DNA of 64,000 nt from Chloroflexota bacterium (lineage in GTDB: Bacteria > Chloroflexota > Dehalococcoidia > Lucifugimonadales > UBA3495), in assembly GCA_028875655.1 (NCBI GenBank), contig JAPPCX010000112.1, positions 141 through 64,140 of the forward strand, read 5' to 3'. The notes under the pieces were generated by a model. The model saw nothing but the letters and a program-made list of their open reading frames with translations, searched no databases and was not told the DNA's origin. The translations under genes and the position numbers were made by a program. Every line of letters starts with the position of its first letter. Within the stretch, counting starts at the first letter, position 1. Positions 29,121 through 35,554 of this stretch are shown in pieces.

Positions 29121-29558
29121 TCAAACTAAATGGACGATTTCCACGTCGCCCCAATGCCTTTGCAGGTGTTCGGCGACGAGCCGGCGATGGCAGCGGTCGG
29201 CGGTGGGTTCACTGCACAGCAGGCAACTGTCGGCGATTATTTCCCGAGGGATGGCGGCGCGGATGAGCCGGCGTTCGATCAGGTTGTTGAATATGGGAAC
29301 GTACTCATCCCAGGTGATCTGCTTCTTGCGGTAGGCGTCCAGCAATTCGTCGGTGGGAGACAGCCGGGGCAGGTGTATGTAGTCCATACCGCACAGTTCG
29401 CGCAGGAACCACGCCAGATCGTCCTTCTTCGCGAACCCGGCCAAGCCGGAGGTGTTGCGGCGGCGTATGTCCACCACGCGCTTGGCTCCCGACTCGCGCA
29501 GCAGCCCAAAGAATCGCTCCGCCGACTTGCGCGTGAAGCCGATGGTGTAGAACTTCAT
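29121..29558 (-). CDS. DUF488 family protein (short paralogue)
   Basis: MKFYTIGFTRKSAERFF..L...G...VVDIRR... and LLCSEPTADRCHRRLVAEHL (DUF488 C..CHR signature). The ATG at 29558 shares one nt with the upstream stop (TGATG). The track start is 29573. Confidence 0.8.
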   Translation of the reverse strand: MKFYTIGFTRKSAERFFGLLRESGAKRVVDIRRRNTSGLAGFAKKDDLAWFLRELCGMDYIHLPRLSPTDELLDAYRKKQITWDEYVPIFNNLIERRLIRAAIPREIIADSCLLCSEPTADRCHRRLVAEHLQRHWGDVEIVHLV

Positions 29559-30208
29559 CACGCGGCGTCCCATTCGTCAGGGGTGGCGGTTGGCTTCTCA
29601 GCCACGTAGGCGAACTTGCGGGCCTGACGTTCCAAAGCCTCAACGATCACGTCATCGCGGGTGCGGAACATATCCCCGTTGGGGGGCAGTTTGTGAGCTT
29701 TCACCAGCCGCGCCATTGCGTCACCGTGCGACTCCAGGCCACCACTAGCCAGGATGTGTGCGACGGGCACGCCGCGCTCGGCCAGGGCGCGCGCCACCAG
29801 CAGGGTGCGGTGACACTCCAGCGGTTCCTTTTCCGTGCAGAGCAGTGCGACGCGGCGTTCGTCGGCGGCGCGGATGACGCTTCGAATGCCGTCGTCAAAC
29901 TGGGTGGTTTCGGCGACTCGGTCGTAGAGTACGCGGCCGTCGGAGTCGTAGCAGGAACGGTCGGCCGGTCGGCCGCCCAGTTCGCCGCCCAGATAAGCGT
30001 AGGCGATGCCGATGTCGTCAAGCGCCTGTTGCAGAGGTTCATAGTTGAAGTGCGGCGTGTAACGGCTGTACGGAGCGGAACGAACGTCGGCAACTTCGTC
30101 GATGCCGTGGCGGAGCAGCAGGTTGATGAACGTTTCGGGAGGGTGGTTGGAATGGCCTACGGTGAAGACCGGGTAAAAGGACTCGCTCAATACGGGACTC
30201 TCCGTCAA
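29558..30208 (-). CDS. DUF488 family protein (long paralogue)
   Basis: VFTVGHSNHPPETFINLLLRHGIDEVADVRSAPYSRYTPHF and LLCTEKEPLECHRTLLVARAL. The TTG start overlaps the upstream stop (TTGA). Confidence 0.8.
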   Translation of the reverse strand: MTESPVLSESFYPVFTVGHSNHPPETFINLLLRHGIDEVADVRSAPYSRYTPHFNYEPLQQALDDIGIAYAYLGGELGGRPADRSCYDSDGRVLYDRVAETTQFDDGIRSVIRAADERRVALLCTEKEPLECHRTLLVARALAERGVPVAHILASGGLESHGDAMARLVKAHKLPPNGDMFRTRDDVIVEALERQARKFAYVAEKPTATPDEWDAA

Positions 30209-30888
30209 GGTCTGATGATGGTGGCGATAAGTTTGTAGGCGTGACCCTCGAAAGGTTCGCCGAGGCTTACGGTAAGGTATCTTTCACCGACAGTGTACTC
30301 GCCATACTGTAGTTCCACCGAGCCGCCCTCGCTTTCAGGGTCGGTAATGCGAAAGCAGTACTCCTCCCCATGGTAGCCGAAACTGCCGCGCAGTATGGGG
30401 TAATCGGCGCTGGGCCGCAGCGGTTCGGACACGGTTACGGTTAGCGCATCAACCCTAATCAAGCGCAGGGAGTTTTCGATGGATAAAGTCTCCGCGAGGG
30501 GAACCCGGTCGTTTCGTCCTGCCTGGGTGCTGTGCCCGTTTATCCAGAGCGGCCCTTCCTGATCGATCATGGTGTACAGGTCGTCCCAAGTCGCTTGCCC
30601 AGCCTTGGCCCATTGGTGATTGGGATCCAGCAGCCAGTTTTCCCGCTGATAGGTTTTCGGATGTGGTCGGAGCAGCGGCACGTCGATAATGTCCAGCACC
30701 TGCGGGTCGCCACCATCGATGTAGAAGCGTTCCCGCTCCGACACTTCTTCATCTTTCCGAAAGCTTACCGGACGAACCCAACCCCCGGCGCGGCCATCCA
30801 GCAGCAAATTCTTGCCGGCGACGCAACGGCCGCCGCGCTTACGGGAGTTGGCAAGGCAGACGATGCGCTTGACGGTGGGAGCAGTCAT
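30205..30888 (-). CDS. hypothetical protein with N-terminal CLANSRK-GGRC-AGK motif
   Basis: 227 aa from the ATG at 30888 (239 aa from the TTG at 30924). KRIVCLANSRKRGGRCVAGK...WVRPVS...LDIIDVPL...ENWLLD. I cannot assign it to a named family. Confidence 0.6.
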   Translation of the reverse strand: MTAPTVKRIVCLANSRKRGGRCVAGKNLLLDGRAGGWVRPVSFRKDEEVSERERFYIDGGDPQVLDIIDVPLLRPHPKTYQRENWLLDPNHQWAKAGQATWDDLYTMIDQEGPLWINGHSTQAGRNDRVPLAETLSIENSLRLIRVDALTVTVSEPLRPSADYPILRGSFGYHGEEYCFRITDPESEGGSVELQYGEYTVGERYLTVSLGEPFEGHAYKLIATIIRP

Positions 30889-30892
30889 AGTT

Positions 30893-31342
30893 TCATCTGT
30901 TGCCGGCAAGACATGATATTGCAACCATAGTCCGTTCTTGTTGAATGGCTTGGTAGAAGTCGACTATGGCGGCTTCGGCCTGGTCTATCCAAGCATTTAC
31001 CTGCGATTGTGTAAAGGACTGCATAGGGTTGTAATCAGCTTCTTCGCGCTGGTATTTAAGGTCTCCGATGACATTGGCGAAGTCCTGTACTGGTTGGCAA
31101 AAGAGGTTGTGCCATCTATTGAGAGGATTAGCTGCTCTGCGATGTTGTAGAGAGCGATACGTTCTGGCCCAGTCGGTCTGGTTAGCCGCGGTTCTGGGCC
31201 CATGCATACAGTCGGCTATGGACGTGGCGAGGGCATGGAATATGGCGTAGTACGCTGTGCTGACGGCGCGGCGCAACGCTTCTTGGCTAGGCTGCCCGGC
31301 CGCGAGTGAACGGCTGGCTACGATGAGGTTTTGCCAGTCCAC
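30893..31342 (-). CDS. HEPN-domain-like protein
   Basis: ALRRAVSTAYYAIFHALATS and LKYQREEADYNP match the helix-1 and R-x4-Y helix patterns of HEPN (PF05168-like). No clear Rx4-6H RNase motif. The GTG start shares one nt with the upstream TAG. Confidence 0.6.
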   Translation of the reverse strand: MDWQNLIVASRSLAAGQPSQEALRRAVSTAYYAIFHALATSIADCMHGPRTAANQTDWARTYRSLQHRRAANPLNRWHNLFCQPVQDFANVIGDLKYQREEADYNPMQSFTQSQVNAWIDQAEAAIVDFYQAIQQERTMVAISCLAGNR

Positions 31343-31641
31343 TAGATGCTCAGTTCGTGTGCTTCGCTTTTGTGGATGTATGAGATTGATGGCCTTGCAT
31401 GGATGCCGAGGTTACGTAGTGGCTCCACGATAACGCGGTGGAACGAGTTGAGCAGTCTGGGATCTAGCGAATGGGGATCCCCGTCGTAGATTACCCAGAC
31501 GCTGAGATACTCCTCGTTGTCCAAGTCGAGTGCCGGTTTTGCTCTGACACTCTGGAAGGCAACCTTGTTCCTGTGATGGATTTGAAGGTTGTCTGAGATC
31601 ATGGCCTCGACTTGACGGGTTTGGTCTTCCGAGATCGACAT
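31342..31641 (-). CDS. small acidic hypothetical protein (possible partner of the HEPN protein)
   Basis: 99 aa. AAGGAG lies 6 nt before the ATG at 31641. No recognisable motif, and it lacks the GS...DxD signature of MNT nucleotidyltransferases. Confidence 0.5.
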   Translation of the reverse strand: MSISEDQTRQVEAMISDNLQIHHRNKVAFQSVRAKPALDLDNEEYLSVWVIYDGDPHSLDPRLLNSFHRVIVEPLRNLGIHARPSISYIHKSEAHELSI

Positions 31642-31658
31642 GGTTAGCTCCTTGCAAA

Positions 31659-32417
31659 TCAGTTTAGCAGATTCAAAGCCGCTCTCAGGTAATCCACCGC
31701 CGCCCCAACGTCCAGCACGTCATCCCCATCCCGTAGCCGTCCCTCCGCGTCGATGCTGACATTGCTCCAACGAGGCAGCAGCGGCGACAGCAACTCCTGG
31801 ATGTTGTCGGCGCACAACCCGCCGGCAACGACCAACCCCAACTCCGGCGCAGCGTCCGCAAGAGCATCGAGGTATCTGGCAGAGCGGTCAGCGTCCAGCG
31901 GCAGCCCCAAGCCCTCCGAGGCGTCCACCAGCACGTCGGTTACGATGCCGACGTACTCGGCGCACCGTTGGGCGAGCCTGGCGGGGTCGCCGTCCACGGA
32001 CGCCATCGCTTCCCGGCCGGCTTGCAGGACGATGCGTTGGGGTTGGCTGCGTTCGCGGTATTCGACCAGCGCCGCCGGGTCGGGCCAGGGGACGCCGCGG
32101 GTGGCGTTGATCTGGACGCCGTGGCAGTCGGGGCCGCCGACCTGCGTTGCACGGGTTAAAGCGTCCGCAAGGTTCACGCCGGGCCGAGGCCGGTAGTGGA
32201 TCAGATTCAGGCAACGCGGGTCGTCGGAGAAGATGCCGGCGATAAACTCGGTTGCTGGGCAGCGGTTGGGCGCGTCGCTGGACTCGCCGGACAGCCGCGC
32301 GTTGCTGAGCAGCACGCCGCACATGAGCAGGCGGTCCGGCGCATCCGGCAGCGACGCGAGGACGGCGGCGACTTCGGCGGGAGAAGTAAATCCGGTGATG
32401 CCGATATATGGTGTCAT
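31659..32417 (-). CDS. TrpF (phosphoribosylanthranilate isomerase)-like TIM-barrel protein, divergent
   Basis: PYIGITGFTSPAE, HGVQINA, VLVDASEGLGLPLD, VVAGGLCADNIQEL and VSIDAEGRLRDG parallel TrpF landmarks. The Cys of the TrpF K-I-C-G-I-T motif is Ile here. Confidence 0.55.
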   Translation of the reverse strand: MTPYIGITGFTSPAEVAAVLASLPDAPDRLLMCGVLLSNARLSGESSDAPNRCPATEFIAGIFSDDPRCLNLIHYRPRPGVNLADALTRATQVGGPDCHGVQINATRGVPWPDPAALVEYRERSQPQRIVLQAGREAMASVDGDPARLAQRCAEYVGIVTDVLVDASEGLGLPLDADRSARYLDALADAAPELGLVVAGGLCADNIQELLSPLLPRWSNVSIDAEGRLRDGDDVLDVGAAVDYLRAALNLLN

Positions 32418-32449
32418 CAGTTATCAACCATCCTGTCATCTTGCGGCAT

Positions 32450-32476
32450 CTGGATTCCCGCTTTCGCGGGAATGAC
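32450..32476. repeat. REP family 1 hairpin
   Basis: CTGGATTCCCGCTTTCGCGGGAATGAC. Confidence 0.85.
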
Positions 32477-32534
32477 GGGTAAGGAGGCGGGAACGACGGC
32501 GCAGTTCAAGAATGACGGCGCAGTTAACGCAATG

Positions 32535-34169
32535 CTAGCCGGCCAACCCCAGCCGCTCGGCGGCCATCTGGCGCAGCAGGTATTTTTGAACCTTGCCGCT
32601 GGAGGTCATGGGGTAGTCATCGACCACCAGCAGGTGGCGGGGTATTTTGAAGCTGGCCATCTTGCCCCGGCAGTGGGCGTCCAGGTCGGCGTCGGTGATG
32701 GCTTGGCCCGGCTCCACGACGACGCAGGCGCACGCGACTTCGGACAGGCGCGGGTCGGGTACGCCGATGACCTGGGCCTTGCTGATGGCCGGATGCTCCA
32801 GCAAGAACGCCTCAACCTCGGTGGGGTCAACGTTCTCGCCGCCCACCTTGAGCATATCCTTGTAGCGGCCCAAGAAGCGCACGCTGCCGTCGTCGCGGAT
32901 GGTAGCCACGTCGCCGGTGTGGAACCAGCCGTCGCCGTCAATCGCCTCCGCAGTGGCCTCGGGACGCTTGTAGTAGCCCTGCATGGTGGCGTAGCCGCGC
33001 ACGCACAATTCGCCCATGGTGGACGGCGGCAGGATGTCGCCGGTGTCCGGATCTATCACTTTGAACTCGTAGCCGGGCAAGGGGTGTCCGCTCTCCACGC
33101 AGCGGTCGTCGGTAGGCGCGTCCAAGATGGTGCGGGTCGCGCCGACGCCCACCTCGGTCATGCCCCAGGCGGAGAGGGTGGGGCAGAACTTCTCCTGGGC
33201 CAGCCGCGCCACGGGTTCGCTGCTCGCCATGCCGACGGCCAGCAGGATGGTGCGAAGGCTGCTGCGGTCAGTGCTGTCAACGTCGGGGTGATGGCACAGG
33301 TCGTAGAAATGGGCGTCAAAGCCGTCCATGACCGTGGCCTTTTCGGACTCGATGAGCCTCAGCGTCTCACCTGCCTCAAACATGGTCGTCAGCACGACGC
33401 GCGCGCCCGTAACCCACGACATCAGCGGCCCCTCGTAGAGGCCGAAGCAGTGGAACAGGGGCAGGTACATCAGGATGACGTCGCGGGAGGACATGCCCAT
33501 GCGGTTGGCGGCGTCGGTGATGGTGCGGATAGGGTTGTGGCAGTGCATCACCCCCTTGGGGAAGCCTGTCGTGCCGGAGGTGTACATCAAGAGGAAGGTG
33601 TCGTCGGGGCTAACGCCGGCCTCACGCTGCGCCAGTTCGCTGGCGGGAACCTCGTCAGCGCCGGCGACCAATGCGTCCCATGCGATGGCGCCGGCCGGCC
33701 GCTCTTCACCCACGACGATGACATTGCGCAACGCCGGAAAGGCCGCGGGCCGCAGATTGGCGGCGTCGCCGTCGTTCACCTCCGGAGCGACCTCGCGGAG
33801 CATGTCCAGGTAGTTCACCGGGCCGGACTGGTCCATCAGGATGAGCGCGGCGGAATCGGAGTGGTTGACCAGGTACTCCATATCGCCGGTGCGGAACCGC
33901 GTGTTGATGGGCACCAGGATGGCGCCGATCTTGGCGACGGCCCCGAACAGGAACAGCCACTCGGCCCGGTTCGGCATCCAGATGGACACCTTATCGCCGG
34001 GCTGGATCCCCAGGTTGATGAGGGCGCGAGCGACGCGGTCCACTTCGTCGCGGAACTCGTCAAAGGTCCACCGCTGCCCCTCGTACATCAAAGCCTCACG
34101 TGGGCCAAAACGGTCGGCGGCCTGGTTCAGCAGGTCGCCCAGGGTCTGCTTTTCAAACCAGTCGGGCAT
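32535..34169 (-). CDS. AMP-binding acyl-CoA synthetase/ligase
   Basis: LMYTSGTTGFPKGVMH, WGMTE, GWFHTGDVA, VGGENVDP, GKVQKY. The ATG at 34169 follows AGGAGG. The track start at 34274 has no SD. Confidence 0.9.
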   Translation of the reverse strand: MPDWFEKQTLGDLLNQAADRFGPREALMYEGQRWTFDEFRDEVDRVARALINLGIQPGDKVSIWMPNRAEWLFLFGAVAKIGAILVPINTRFRTGDMEYLVNHSDSAALILMDQSGPVNYLDMLREVAPEVNDGDAANLRPAAFPALRNVIVVGEERPAGAIAWDALVAGADEVPASELAQREAGVSPDDTFLLMYTSGTTGFPKGVMHCHNPIRTITDAANRMGMSSRDVILMYLPLFHCFGLYEGPLMSWVTGARVVLTTMFEAGETLRLIESEKATVMDGFDAHFYDLCHHPDVDSTDRSSLRTILLAVGMASSEPVARLAQEKFCPTLSAWGMTEVGVGATRTILDAPTDDRCVESGHPLPGYEFKVIDPDTGDILPPSTMGELCVRGYATMQGYYKRPEATAEAIDGDGWFHTGDVATIRDDGSVRFLGRYKDMLKVGGENVDPTEVEAFLLEHPAISKAQVIGVPDPRLSEVACACVVVEPGQAITDADLDAHCRGKMASFKIPRHLLVVDDYPMTSSGKVQKYLLRQMAAERLGLAG

Positions 34170-34225
34170 GGGTGGGGCCTCCTGTTTCATCCCGATAAAC
34201 GCCGTCATTATGCCACGCGATGCCG

Positions 34226-34234
34226 TGCTAAAAT
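34226..34234 (+). promoter_or_regulatory. extended -10 (TGCTAAAAT) upstream of the 34268 gene
   Basis: TGnTAAAAT lies 34 nt before the ATG, with GGAG between them. Confidence 0.3.
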
Positions 34235-34267
34235 AGCGGCAGCATAAACCTACTGGAGATTCCAGAT

Positions 34268-34639
34268 ATGTCAATGTTCAAGGTGGACATCGGCGTCGGC
34301 AACCTGGACGGCGGCGACCTGGCTCCGGTTCGACCCATAGTGGACACCGGCGCGGCACATTCCATGTTGCCCGAGTCGCTGCTGACCCGGCTGGGCATTG
34401 CGCCCCGCCGTACTCTCAGCTTCATCCTGGCCGACGGCAGCCCGGCAATCTACGGTTTCGGGTTCGCTCGGCTCAATATTGACGGAGAGGAATGTCCCTG
34501 CCCGGTCATCTTCGGGCCGGAGAGCAACCAACTGCTGGGCGCGTCCACCCTGGAGATTTTCAACCTGGTGGTTGACCCGGCCGGGGAACGCCTGTTGCCC
34601 GCCGAATGGCTCTCGCTGGGCTGGGGCGGGGATTTATAG
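34268..34639 (+). CDS. retropepsin-like (clan AA) aspartic protease, single domain
   Basis: IVDTGAAHSMLP (catalytic D-T-G) and C-terminal LLGASTLEIF (the ILG-type dimer-interface motif). 123 aa. Confidence 0.7.
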   Translation: MSMFKVDIGVGNLDGGDLAPVRPIVDTGAAHSMLPESLLTRLGIAPRRTLSFILADGSPAIYGFGFARLNIDGEECPCPVIFGPESNQLLGASTLEIFNLVVDPAGERLLPAEWLSLGWGGDL

Positions 34640-34661
34640 GGCAGCAAACTGTCATCAGATC

Positions 34662-34919
34662 ATGGACTACAACGTTTTTATGCGCCGCCAACTGGCGCAA
34701 GACCAACGTATGAATACCCTGATGCTGGAACAGATTTACTGCAATCTGGACGGCCGGGCATACGACTCCGACGACTTGGAATATACCAGCGAGCAACTGA
34801 TTGACCGTGCCATGACGCAGGCGGCCGATTACTATGACATTGCAGGGGGCCAGGGGGACGTCCGCCGCGAAATTGGCATGATGCTCAGCGCAGCGGCCCC
34901 GGTGTCAGGGGCGGACTGA
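34662..34919 (+). CDS. hypothetical small protein
   Basis: 85 aa from an internal ATG of track ORF 34398..34919. Starts 22 nt after the protease stop. No motif recognised. Confidence 0.3.
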   Translation: MDYNVFMRRQLAQDQRMNTLMLEQIYCNLDGRAYDSDDLEYTSEQLIDRAMTQAADYYDIAGGQGDVRREIGMMLSAAAPVSGAD

Positions 34920-34925
34920 CTGATT

Positions 34926-35222
34926 TCACAAGTTTCTGGCAGCCGGCGCCGGCATGGACTCTCCGGCCTTTTCGCGCCGCACGTGTTCGCGCAAAACCAG
35001 ATTGATGTGCGTCTGGCAGTCTATATCGGTTTTGGTATTGGACTTGAACCAGGCGATTACGTCGGCATCGAGGTCCAGGGTAATCCGCTGCTTAGTCAGC
35101 CGGTAAATGACGCCGCGCTTAGCGTTGGACCAGTCCGTAACTTCGGGGATGTCGCTGGTGTCGATCTCGTCTTCGGACATTGCAGCCAGGGCGGCGAGTT
35201 CGGCCTTTTGCTGGTCGGTCAT
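34926..35222 (-). CDS. BrnA-type antitoxin-like protein
   Basis: EDEIDTSDIPEVTDWSNAKRG...ITLDLDADVIAWFKSN...QTHINLVLREHV matches the BrnA_antitoxin pattern. The ATG at 35222 is preferred over the track start at 35384. Confidence 0.7.
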   Translation of the reverse strand: MTDQQKAELAALAAMSEDEIDTSDIPEVTDWSNAKRGVIYRLTKQRITLDLDADVIAWFKSNTKTDIDCQTHINLVLREHVRREKAGESMPAPAARNL

Positions 35223-35226
35223 ACTG

Positions 35227-35529
35227 CTAGCTCTCAGGCGGGAGCGGGATTCGGGAGCCAATGCTGCGAGCCTCATAAAGCATTCGCTGAGTTTCTTCCC
35301 AATACGCATCGTTTTTCCGCCAAGCCCCGGCAGTGGAACGCAACAGCCGCTGGCGTTCCTCATCGGATAGCGGAAGCGGAGCATCGAAGGTGATCAGGTA
35401 TTCGTCGCCCTCGCGCAGCTCAACCGGCTCCAACGGCACCAGCGCGCCGTTCACGCAACGGGCTTTTATGGTTTTGAGCGTGGTGGGCCTCTCATGGGTT
35501 TGAGGCTGTATGGATAGCGGCATTGCCAT
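35227..35529 (-). CDS. DUF104 (AF2212-like) antitoxin-like protein
   Basis: IKARCVNGALVPLEPVELREGDEYLITF is the DUF104 beta-hairpin signature. The C-terminal AGAWRKNDAYWEE tail is common in this family. Confidence 0.6.
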   Translation of the reverse strand: MAMPLSIQPQTHERPTTLKTIKARCVNGALVPLEPVELREGDEYLITFDAPLPLSDEERQRLLRSTAGAWRKNDAYWEETQRMLYEARSIGSRIPLPPES

Positions 35530-35554
35530 TGTAGCGCATACGGCGTATCGCCCA

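Noticed and set aside
31659-32417. Calling this gene bona fide trpF
   Set aside because: The catalytic Cys position is Ile, no trp neighbours are present, and it heads a HEPN/DUF488 operon. I kept it as TrpF-like only.
32196-34247. 683-aa plus-strand ORF
   Set aside because: It is antisense to the acyl-CoA synthetase, which has all the AMP-binding motifs. It crosses the REP at 32450 and has a low-complexity composition.
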